Shown here: in pieces, positions 1-7,744 of the stretch
Position numbering within the stretch: position 1 is the stretch's first letter
Layout: every line of letters begins with the position of its first letter
Virus record (IMG/VR): IMGVR_UViG_3300009709_000009
Coordinates: 1 to 41,162 of that record
Length of the DNA: 41,162 nucleotides
DNA from: a virus
Strand: one strand, 5' to 3'
Made by a program: the position numbers and the translations under genes
The notes under the pieces: model-generated
What the model saw: only the letters and a program-made list of their open reading frames with translations
Told to the model about the DNA's origin: nothing
The model's database searches: none

Positions 1-123
1 CCTTGAATACCTCACCGGCTGGACCGCCGAAATAAAGTTCCCCTTGGAACACACACATAGCTCGGGCATCCCAATTGGTGTAACGACACCATGCGCCCGT
101 TTCAGTATTTGAAATAAGCAACG
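1..123. repeat. Terminal overlap copy 1, identical to 41040-41162. It marks circular closure of a ~41,039-bp unit.
   Basis: Read directly. The string ccttgaatacctcaccggctggaccgcc...gtatttgaaataagcaacg is present at both window ends, 123/123 identical. Confidence 0.95.
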
Positions 124-1501
124 TTGGATTATAATTTCCAATGGGGCTAGGTGGTGACATAACAGCCATCTTGCGTTCAGGCCAAATTTCACACTGCCAG
201 TCGTCAAGACCTCGTTCATCAACGGCTTTCTGCCATTCATCCTGAATATTATAAGACACAGCAGCAGGAGATAGAGCTGTAACATCAAGACTGATAGCCT
301 TGGAAAGCGGGATAAGACCAACGCTTGTAGCTACAGCAATATCGCCTCCGCCCCTGAAGTGAGCGCGATTACCCAAAGGGCGACCAATACGATAAGTTCC
401 AACAATACGCCAATCGTTTGTAGCTTCAGGATATGATCCTTGGAATACAGCAGCTTCTCCCTCAGATGAAGTAACAACCATCTGATCAGAAAGCCCACCC
501 GAAGCACCGCTTTCAAATGACCATGGAGCGCCCCATAGAACGCTGCCGCCCATATTGAATATACCGCCCATTGGGTACAAAACAGGCGCGCCCCCTACCG
601 CATCCGGCGCATCCATATACCAAATATTGAGGGAATCTTTTTGCACGAACCAAAGTCGGTTTTTGTAAGCCCAAACATATGACATGTCGGCAGTAGTTAA
701 GGAGTCTGGGAACGTGATTCCAGGGACAAGATTACTTGATACGCTTGCAGCTTGTGCGTCACCGCCCTCGCTACCGTTCAGGAATTCATTGTCTTGGAAT
801 GATCCAGTTACGTCAGTGAGAACTAAACCACCACCGGGAAGAACTTCGTAAACAGTGCCTACTGCTCCACTTGTCCCTCCTGTAATGACTTCTCCAACAA
901 CGAAATCTTGCGTGATATTGTCGTATGATAAAGCCCACGCGCCTCCAGCTGAATATGGATAGAACCCATTCCCATCAAAGATAAACCCAGTAGACGTTCC
1001 ATTAACACCTACAAGGTATATCCCTCCGGTTGTTGCGAATTGAACCGTAATCCAATTGCCGCCTAGGGCTCCTTCAAAAACCTCATGATCTTCAGTAGAT
1101 GATTGACCAAAATAATCACCATTTTCAGTGACGATATAATCGCCATTCTCTGTAACCAATCGGTAGTTATCCGGTACAAGTATGTTGGTTATGTCGTAAA
1201 TGGTATTTGCAGTGGAGGAAAACATGCGACGATTAAGGCCATTCACGTATGTGAATAGAGAAGTTACATCATCCTCTCCATTGCCTAGCGTAGCATATAG
1301 TTCTTTACCTCGGCGCATGACTGCAGTGGTAGCAGTAGGAAAGAAGTTATCTAGCACAGCCGCACCTTGCGGCCCTTGCTGTTGCGTAGGGCTGGCAAGA
1401 TTACGGTTACTAATCCACCCGGCTGTAGGAGCGTCAAATTTCTTTACATCAGATTTACGTTGCGCCGGTCTTTTTGGTGCAAGGATAGGGCGATTGTACA
1501 T
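1..1501 (-). CDS. Large tail protein, tail tubular protein B-like by position; N-terminal part. The ORF leaves the left edge and continues at 41039..40624, 638 aa in total.
   Basis: ATG at 1501 (MYNRPILAPKRPAQRKSDVKKFDAPTAGW...). I read every codon of this frame down to base 2 and found no stop. The frame matches ORF 40624..41160 once 1-123 is laid on 41040-41162. Total length is 1917 nt, or 639 codons. It follows the tubular-A-like gene, as in T7-type synteny. Confidence 0.7.
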   Translation of the reverse strand, partial: MYNRPILAPKRPAQRKSDVKKFDAPTAGWISNRNLASPTQQQGPQGAAVLDNFFPTATTAVMRRGKELYATLGNGEDDVTSLFTYVNGLNRRMFSSTANTIYDITNILVPDNYRLVTENGDYIVTENGDYFGQSSTEDHEVFEGALGGNWITVQFATTGGIYLVGVNGTSTGFIFDGNGFYPYSAGGAWALSYDNITQDFVVGEVITGGTSGAVGTVYEVLPGGGLVLTDVTGSFQDNEFLNGSEGGDAQAASVSSNLVPGITFPDSLTTADMSYVWAYKNRLWFVQKDSLNIWYMDAPDAVGGAPVLYPMGGIFNMGGSVLWGAPWSFESGASGGLSDQMVVTSSEGEAAVFQGSYPEATNDWRIVGTYRIGRPLGNRAHFRGGGDIAVATSVGLIPLSKAISLDVTALSPAAVSYNIQDEWQKAVDERGLDDWQCEIWPERKMAVMSPPSPIGNYNPTLLISNTETGAWCRYTNWDARAMCVFQGELYFGGPAGEVFK

Positions 1502-1505
1502 TCTG

Positions 1506-2207
1506 TCATCCTAGCTCAAAAGGCCATGCTAAATGTGTATTTAAGAACCTGCGCCTAGATCTGGCACGATATACGTTTGTACCTTTATCCTTAGCAGCCA
1601 ACTGGTCCAAGGCCATTACAAATTGCTCTTGTTGGCCAGTGTAATCCAGCTTTTTATTCTCGAGCCAACGCCATATAAGCCCCAAAGTTAAAAGACGCTC
1701 GCCGCCTTTGATAGCAAATTCGTCTGTATCTTGTGTAAACTCTGGCTTGTCTGAGTTGTTTGAATCAATAGCATAATTCAGAGATATGTATGGAAATGTT
1801 GCGCTGTTCTGCACATTTGGAGGTGGAAAAAAATGAATCTGATTTTGATAAATCGTCCATGCGCCGGGGAGTAATTCAAAATTGCGTGCTTTTCGATAAA
1901 GGAAATCATTCAGATTATCGATGTGCTCATATCCCCATACCCAATTATTCAAATCCTGAATATTGGTAACAACCAATTGCCGATCATAGTCATCAGGCAT
2001 GTCAAAAACTTCCGTCACGCCATCGGTTGGTACGTTGTAGACTTTAGTCAGCGCCTGCCAATCTGTATATTTGCATATATCTTTTGCCACCTCATTTAAA
2101 AGGTCAACAATCTCCAATTCAAATTCTTCTGAAGATGTAAAAAAGACGGCGGGCTTTTGGCCCACCAATCTAATTGCAGCAGATTGCATTGCTGACAGAA
2201 TTGTCAT
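1506..2207 (-). CDS. Virion protein, tail tubular protein A / adaptor-like by position (233 aa).
   Basis: ORF track. It is tightly packed with its neighbours: its start abuts the stop of 2208..2882, and its stop lies 4 nt before the next ATG. The function comes from synteny only. Confidence 0.45.
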   Translation of the reverse strand: MTILSAMQSAAIRLVGQKPAVFFTSSEEFELEIVDLLNEVAKDICKYTDWQALTKVYNVPTDGVTEVFDMPDDYDRQLVVTNIQDLNNWVWGYEHIDNLNDFLYRKARNFELLPGAWTIYQNQIHFFPPPNVQNSATFPYISLNYAIDSNNSDKPEFTQDTDEFAIKGGERLLTLGLIWRWLENKKLDYTGQQEQFVMALDQLAAKDKGTNVYRARSRRRFLNTHLAWPFELG

Positions 2208-2882
2208 TTACATTCCTTTTGCAAGGTTTACCAATGACGCATGATTCAAACGACCATCGGGACGTGTGCTTGTTTTCTGTTCAATCATATCACGTAATTC
2301 ATCCTCTGTCATCGCTTCATACAGTTCTTCCTCGACGGGAGGGATAACAGTAGAAGGGCTTTCAAGTTCTGAAATACGCTTTTTAAGCGCTTCAATTTCG
2401 CTTGCAGCTGCGGCAGACGGAGAATGATCCTGCGTGTATTTACGAGCAAATTCTTTAAGGGTATTACCAAGCATTCCAAGCGACTTAAGCTTGTCTCCTT
2501 CAAGGCTGTTTAGAGCCTCAATGCTGTAAATACGATGAACGCGGCAAATAGAAAGCTGCTCTTCTGTCACGCCATAAGGGCGCAACATTTCAAGAGGTGT
2601 TCCCATTGCCTGCTGAGGATTGCCTTCTTTGAACATGCGATACTGGTCAGCCCAACGTTCAGCATAAGTGATGGACTTATTGCCTTCACGCCGCCAAGAC
2701 TGATGCGCCGGGAACACAGGGGCGTAGTGGTTAGACCCCGCGAACCGGACCTCTACAACTTCACGCATTTCAAGAACAGCATGTCCAGCCGTTTCCGACT
2801 TTGGGATGTTTTCAATCTCAACGATTTTAAAAAATGGCGTAACCGTAAGATCACGCGTATCAATCTCTACAACTTTAGTCAT
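2208..2882 (-). CDS. Hypothetical virion-module protein (224 aa).
   Basis: ORF track. It is the first gene after the capsid-proximal terminator. The C-terminus looks acidic and coiled-coil. Confidence 0.6.
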   Translation of the reverse strand: MTKVVEIDTRDLTVTPFFKIVEIENIPKSETAGHAVLEMREVVEVRFAGSNHYAPVFPAHQSWRREGNKSITYAERWADQYRMFKEGNPQQAMGTPLEMLRPYGVTEEQLSICRVHRIYSIEALNSLEGDKLKSLGMLGNTLKEFARKYTQDHSPSAAAASEIEALKKRISELESPSTVIPPVEEELYEAMTEDELRDMIEQKTSTRPDGRLNHASLVNLAKGM

Positions 2883-2904
2883 TTGTTTTCCTTGTCTGAG
2901 AAGG

Positions 2905-2931
2905 GGAGAAAAGGGGCCGAAGCCCCTTTAT
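2905..2931 (-). terminator. Intrinsic terminator or attenuator downstream of the capsid operon.
   Basis: On the minus-strand RNA: aaaggggc-UUCG-gccccuuu followed by UCUCCCCUU. It has an 8-bp GC-rich stem and a UUCG tetraloop, and sits 2 nt after the stop of 2933..3283. Confidence 0.7.
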
Positions 2932-2932
2932 A

Positions 2933-3283
2933 TTAAAGCGCAAAAACTCGAGCGTGGAAATAAGCGCCCGCTGGAACAGCTGCTGCTGGCCCTTGCAAAA
3001 CACCGCTGGCATTTGCAGTAGTTACGAACGATGCATCCATATTAACACGTGCACTGGCTGCAAGAGCCGTTGCACCGTTCTGGACCCAAATGTAATCGTA
3101 ACCGTCATCGCCTGTTTCACGATTACCCAGCTTATAAGATGGGGTCGTAATACCAGACAATGGAGCCGTAAGCGGGGTCACTCCCTGAATGCCAGTAAGA
3201 TCCCAATAAGGCAGACCGACGAAAACATCGTCGAGCTGTGGACCTAGCTGAGGGGTAGTTCGGAAAGGTACGGAGTTAGCCAT
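2933..3283 (-). CDS. Small capsid-associated protein, possibly decoration (116 aa).
   Basis: ORF immediately downstream of the major capsid gene and upstream of a terminator. The function comes from position only. Confidence 0.5.
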   Translation of the reverse strand: MANSVPFRTTPQLGPQLDDVFVGLPYWDLTGIQGVTPLTAPLSGITTPSYKLGNRETGDDGYDYIWVQNGATALAASARVNMDASFVTTANASGVLQGPAAAVPAGAYFHARVFAL

Positions 3284-3296
3284 ATCTCAAGCCTCC

Positions 3297-4307
3297 TTAT
3301 GCCGTGATGATGCGGTAAGAGAACAGTGGGTTCTCAAGAACGAGCTGACCAGACCAAACGATGCCCTGTGCTACTGCGTCCTGGTTGATCGGTCGCATAC
3401 CATCACCTGGATGGAAAGGCACAAACGACTGATCTGGGAACTCATAGAGAGCCAGACCCTTTGTATCGATACCAAAGATGGTGTTGGCTGGCATAACAGT
3501 GCCGATACCACCAGCTGCCACGATATCGACAGGACCTGCTGGGGTCATATAAGTAAGACCGGCGAAGCCAAGTCGGCCAAGACGTTCTGAAACGATACGC
3601 TGGTGAGCAACGAACGATGCAGAGATAGCCTGATAAGACAGGGAATCTGCGATCAGCAGGTCTGCATAACGACCATTACGCGAACGGTTCAAAGAGATAC
3701 GTTCGATGATTGGACGTGCAGTCGTGCTATCCCACGTGGTGAAACCAGAAACATCACCATTTGGAATATTGAAAGTCGAAGTTCGCCAGTTGGGGACAGT
3801 TGCGCGATCAATGCCGCCATATACGCCAGTGTTTGGAATAACTGGAATAGCGCCACCAAGGCCGATAAGTTCACGACCGCCCGCGCCGGTACCATCACCG
3901 ATCATTGCTACTTCAAACTCTTCCTTAACCGACTTTTCAGCCGCGTCAAGGTAGGTTTCCATAAGGTCAATGACTTCTTCTTCGCCGCGGGTGTACATCA
4001 ATTCAGTGCCGGTTAGCGAGAACATGCTAACAACGCGCGACCAGTTGAACACAGCAGAATTGAGAAGTTCTTTCGGTGTGATTTCGATCTTGTCATAGCC
4101 AGTGAACCACTGCGCCTGCAACTTATCGAACTGCACCGGAATGCGAAGTTCTGGACCGCCAGCGCGCTTTACACGAATACGACCTTCATCGCGAAGGATT
4201 CTGGTTAGTGGCGTGGCATTATAAACGATATCCTGCACCTCACGCGACCGTCGAGCAACGGCAGCAGTGAGAAGCTGGCGATAATTTCTATCCTGTACGA
4301 TAGCCAT
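3297..4307 (-). CDS. Major capsid protein (336 aa).
   Basis: The size and the position directly after an acidic, Q-rich scaffold-like gene fit a major capsid protein. The N-terminus MAIVQDRNYRQLLTAAVARRSRE... and the Gly-rich central loop are typical of T7/HK97-fold podovirus coat proteins. Confidence 0.75.
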   Translation of the reverse strand: MAIVQDRNYRQLLTAAVARRSREVQDIVYNATPLTRILRDEGRIRVKRAGGPELRIPVQFDKLQAQWFTGYDKIEITPKELLNSAVFNWSRVVSMFSLTGTELMYTRGEEEVIDLMETYLDAAEKSVKEEFEVAMIGDGTGAGGRELIGLGGAIPVIPNTGVYGGIDRATVPNWRTSTFNIPNGDVSGFTTWDSTTARPIIERISLNRSRNGRYADLLIADSLSYQAISASFVAHQRIVSERLGRLGFAGLTYMTPAGPVDIVAAGGIGTVMPANTIFGIDTKGLALYEFPDQSFVPFHPGDGMRPINQDAVAQGIVWSGQLVLENPLFSYRIITA

Positions 4308-4310
4308 TAA

Positions 4311-5477
4311 TTAAGCTCCTGAAGCTCGCTTGAGTTTACGCATTTCGTCCTCAAGCATTTCACGTGTTGACATTTTCTTTTCCGGTTCTTTGACCTCTAG
4401 AACATTTCCCGGAGAAGACTTGATTGATTTGTTGCCGTTGAAGTCTTCGTCAACACGGCGTTCAGTGCTAGCCTGCCTTGTCTGTAGCTGCTCGACATTT
4501 GAAGAAGGGTTAATCCTTTCAGCCATGTCGTATGCCGCCGCCAGCTTATCAGCAGGGCTTAAATTTGCTGGTATCTTACCAGATTGCAGGAAAAAAGCAA
4601 TATCCTGCTCTAGCTCATGATAGCGTGGATGTTCGCGAATAAAAGGCTCGATATATGTTTGATGAGCCATTTGAGCCTGCATAGCGTTTAGCTGCTGCTT
4701 AAGGCCGTCAACTTCTGGATTCTGTTGAGGCTGCTGCATTTGTTGGCGTTGCGGCTGCTGCGATACGTATTCATGTGGAGACTGCGCCATATGCTGTGCC
4801 AACTGCTGCGGCGGGATGCCGTATGCCCTCAAGATGTGGGACAGCGCCTGCTGTGGATGCATATTCAGATTGGAAAATAGCTGTTTAAACCCTTCGGCAG
4901 GATCTTCACTAAACTTACGTTCAATCCCCACATAGTTTTGCAAAGCCTGCTTGACAGTAACATTGTGCTGCTTGCCTAGCTCTTCATACTCTCGCAGTTC
5001 CTCACGGAATTGATGGGATTCCCGGTACTGGGAAACCTCCTGTTCGTGCTCCTTGACGATGCGAGAAACTTCTGACTGCACTTCATTAGGCGTATTTCGC
5101 CATAGTTCTTTTGCCCTTGGAAGAAAGCGAGCAGGAGGCTCAGGGCGGTCTCGGTTCTCAGACTTCCGTTCGGCTGGCTGTTCCTTAACCTGCTCGCTTG
5201 CGTCGATTTCCTTTTCAGGAACGGCGCTCTTTCCAGCCTTATCGTCAGTAACGATAGGCTTAACCTCTTTGACAACAGGTTCTTTTGGAGCTTTTTCTTT
5301 ATCAAGCTCTGCCTTCAATGAATCTCGTACAGATTCAGGCTTTGCGGGTGCCTCGGTCTTTACTTCTTCAACAGGGGTGTCTACCTTGCCGCCGCCTGAA
5401 CGTGCGTGTGTAGCATTATCTTCAAGCGTTGTTGATACTGGTTCCACTGCCGTTTGCTGAATTACTTCATCGGTCAT
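4311..5477 (-). CDS. Scaffolding protein (388 aa).
   Basis: Highly charged K/E/P-rich N-terminus, a Q-rich helical centre (QQPQRQQMQQPQQNPE) and a position directly upstream of the capsid gene. Confidence 0.65.
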   Translation of the reverse strand: MTDEVIQQTAVEPVSTTLEDNATHARSGGGKVDTPVEEVKTEAPAKPESVRDSLKAELDKEKAPKEPVVKEVKPIVTDDKAGKSAVPEKEIDASEQVKEQPAERKSENRDRPEPPARFLPRAKELWRNTPNEVQSEVSRIVKEHEQEVSQYRESHQFREELREYEELGKQHNVTVKQALQNYVGIERKFSEDPAEGFKQLFSNLNMHPQQALSHILRAYGIPPQQLAQHMAQSPHEYVSQQPQRQQMQQPQQNPEVDGLKQQLNAMQAQMAHQTYIEPFIREHPRYHELEQDIAFFLQSGKIPANLSPADKLAAAYDMAERINPSSNVEQLQTRQASTERRVDEDFNGNKSIKSSPGNVLEVKEPEKKMSTREMLEDEMRKLKRASGA

Positions 5478-5506
5478 TTTATACCTCGTCTGAGAAGGTC
5501 ATAGGG

Positions 5507-5791
5507 TTAAACTTCGCTAATAGCGCGCTTGATATCATCTCGACGCTTCTTACGGTCAAATTCAGGTGATTTAAAGTCAGGCAAGCTTTCGTTGCCCATC
5601 TCAATATAACGCTCGCCTTTTGGGTTTCCATCGGGGAGAAGCGTCTTACGATAACCAGAAAGCGTGTCGTGCATCTTGCCATCCATACCCATGCACGGGG
5701 CGATGCTGTCCTGACGAAAATAGGGCTTAGACAGGGTACTGGACCCCATCTTTGCCCTGTGTTCTGCAACCATTTCTGAAATAGATTTCAT
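5507..5791 (-). CDS. Hypothetical protein (94 aa).
   Basis: ORF track. Its start overlaps the stop of 5791..6225. I preferred it over the overlapping alternative frame 5479..5769. Confidence 0.5.
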   Translation of the reverse strand: MKSISEMVAEHRAKMGSSTLSKPYFRQDSIAPCMGMDGKMHDTLSGYRKTLLPDGNPKGERYIEMGNESLPDFKSPEFDRKKRRDDIKRAISEV

Positions 5792-6225
5792 TATGGTGTA
5801 ATAACTCCTGCTGTACGAAGCTTTGCTAGCAGTGCGTTAAAATCCGTTACAAGCCCGGCAACGTCTGTTGCTGTGCTATTCGCCTGAGCCGCCTGAATTA
5901 GCACCGTACCGCGCACCGCACCGGATGATACACCAGGAATGGCGTGAACATGGTCATTACGAGCGAATGCCGTTCCTGTGCCAACTGCTGCTGCAGCGGA
6001 TAGAGCTGCTGGGGCCGTTGTCGCTGCAGCCGGGATTGCTGTATTGCCTGCAAGAGCGGTAGTTGCCGTAGTCCCCACTACAGGAGGAAACGTGGTAGGT
6101 TTGCCTGTTACATCAGCCCACGCAACTGCGCCGCCTGCGCCTGATTCAATCTGGTTACGAACTTCTTTAGCAAGTTCGGGGACCATCGAAAGTTCTACTA
6201 GTCGATCTACTGGTGTCTGTGCCAT
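5791..6225 (-). CDS. Short fibre-like protein (144 aa).
   Basis: Contains WADVTGKPTTFPP and ARNDHVHA, both typical of phage fibre repeats. Ala/Thr-rich. The C-terminus reads DFNALLAKLRTAGVI. Confidence 0.5.
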   Translation of the reverse strand: MAQTPVDRLVELSMVPELAKEVRNQIESGAGGAVAWADVTGKPTTFPPVVGTTATTALAGNTAIPAAATTAPAALSAAAAVGTGTAFARNDHVHAIPGVSSGAVRGTVLIQAAQANSTATDVAGLVTDFNALLAKLRTAGVITP

Positions 6226-6242
6226 GGTATTTCCCTTTGGAG

Positions 6243-7379
6243 TTAGTAATCTTCACCGAGTATTTCAGATGCCATTATACCCCATTCAGGTCTATACCAC
6301 ATAATGGGTTTTAATTCAGTACCTTCTATAGCAGGTGCGCGAAAGAAAGTCCAAGCAAGTCCTGTTCCATCACTCACCACCGAAATGTCTCTCACAGTGC
6401 AGTTTCCTGTAGCTGTAATGGTTATTTCTTCCAACAAGTTACTAGTTGTTCCGAATACCGCACCGCACGATATAAGGCCTTTTGCGGGTGCTCTATACGT
6501 AACTGTCACGCTTGCGGTTCTTAAAGAAACACTGCCACTTTCAACGTCAACTATGCACCTAGCCCCAGCCCTACGCGTGGCTGGAGGATGCTGGATGGTT
6601 AATGTTCCTTCTGTGAGGCCAGTATGGACGAATGATTCACCATCAATTGACCACCCTTCGCCACCTATAACCCATGGACCTGAAGGGGTAAAATCCTGGT
6701 CAACGTTAGTTCCACAGAACATATAACCATCAAACATAATCTCAGTATTTTCGACATACTGACGATGGTATTGATCGTTTTCCGTGTTAAAAAAGATACC
6801 CTTAATAACACCGCCATCAGTAGGCCCAACAGTCAAACTGGCGGCTGGAGAACCTTGCCCGTGCTGTTCATCGCTCCAACCAACCAACTCAGGCTGAATA
6901 CCAACCATTTCATTGACGCGTATTGCCCCTTGGTTGCAGTGTCCACCTGTCACATTGATGGTGAAGTCCGCGGCTTCCTGTGTCATTCCTGTGCCAACAG
7001 CAATGAGACCCAATAATGGACCTGATCTAGACTGATTAACAATAGTCAATGGTTCGCCACCATGTGCGATTTCAATGACTGGGTCTCCGGAATACTGGCA
7101 AGCAAGCTCTACAACAATGCAGTCAGACGCTAGGTCAAATTCTCTCGAGAAGTTATCCAACCCATTGTCATTAAGAGCAACGTAATCCATTGCTCCCCAC
7201 TGAACTGGCGATGGAGGTTCTCCACCTTGTATTACCAGAGGAACCCCGCCGCTTTCTACAAGCGTAATTGGTGAACCTAAGCCATTCTCAGCAACAGTAG
7301 CTAATGGCGCTCCACTGACAACTGATACAACAGGAGCGCCGTTTGGTGAGATGACTACGGGGAATCCATTATTCGGCAT
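6243..7379 (-). CDS. Hypothetical beta-rich virion-module protein (378 aa).
   Basis: ORF track. The N-terminus carries reiterated G-x-P-V/L-x-x-V units (GFPVVISPNGAPVVSVVSGAPLATV...GSPITLVESGGVPLVI). I recognised no family. Confidence 0.55.
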   Translation of the reverse strand: MPNNGFPVVISPNGAPVVSVVSGAPLATVAENGLGSPITLVESGGVPLVIQGGEPPSPVQWGAMDYVALNDNGLDNFSREFDLASDCIVVELACQYSGDPVIEIAHGGEPLTIVNQSRSGPLLGLIAVGTGMTQEAADFTINVTGGHCNQGAIRVNEMVGIQPELVGWSDEQHGQGSPAASLTVGPTDGGVIKGIFFNTENDQYHRQYVENTEIMFDGYMFCGTNVDQDFTPSGPWVIGGEGWSIDGESFVHTGLTEGTLTIQHPPATRRAGARCIVDVESGSVSLRTASVTVTYRAPAKGLISCGAVFGTTSNLLEEITITATGNCTVRDISVVSDGTGLAWTFFRAPAIEGTELKPIMWYRPEWGIMASEILGEDY

Positions 7380-7598
7380 TTACGCACCCCACGCAGCAAA
7401 GAAAGCAAAAGCCATGGCAACGTAGGCGAATCCGCGTGAAATAATCCAAGAATGCTTGCCGTCATCCTGAGCTATAAACTGTGAAATGCCACCGAAAAGC
7501 AAAGACGAGGCAACCAAACTAGGACCATTAAACGAAACGCAGATGCCAAACGCCGCGAATAGAATTGCACCACAAATTGCGTAGGTTGATTTAGGCAT
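7380..7598 (-). CDS. Small membrane protein with 3 predicted TM helices (72 aa from ATG 7598).
   Basis: MPKSTYAICGAILFAAFGICVSF...LVASSLLFGGISQFI...GFAYVAMAFAFFAAW. A GGAGAGAG RBS lies 3-5 nt upstream of ATG 7598. The track ORF extends to 7688. Confidence 0.55.
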   Translation of the reverse strand: MPKSTYAICGAILFAAFGICVSFNGPSLVASSLLFGGISQFIAQDDGKHSWIISRGFAYVAMAFAFFAAWGA

Positions 7599-7744
7599 TA
7601 TCTCTCTCCAAAGATGAAACATTCCTAAATGCAAATCCTTTAGGAAGACCGCAATATTTTTTCGTAAGAATATAAACTCCCTCACCAAATTCTTTGCATG
7701 GTACTTTTTTTGGGTTTAGATACAAATCAGTATTATGTCTCATT

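Noticed and set aside
1-123. The 123-bp end repeat as a genuine direct terminal repeat or cos-type physical end.
   Set aside because: The repeat lies inside a continuous 638-aa ORF that reads through the junction in frame. An arbitrary assembly overlap of a circular or permuted genome is the simpler explanation. It cannot be excluded without read data.
3603-4016. Plus-strand ORFs (137 aa, 82 aa) and a second minus-frame ORF inside the major capsid gene.
   Set aside because: They are shadow ORFs fully contained in a well-supported gene. They have no RBS and a biased composition typical of antisense frames.
5479-5769. A 96-aa ORF overlapping 5507..5791 in another frame.
   Set aside because: The 5507..5791 frame has start/stop coupling with the upstream gene. 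The alternative has Cys/Trp/Arg-rich composition typical of an off-frame.
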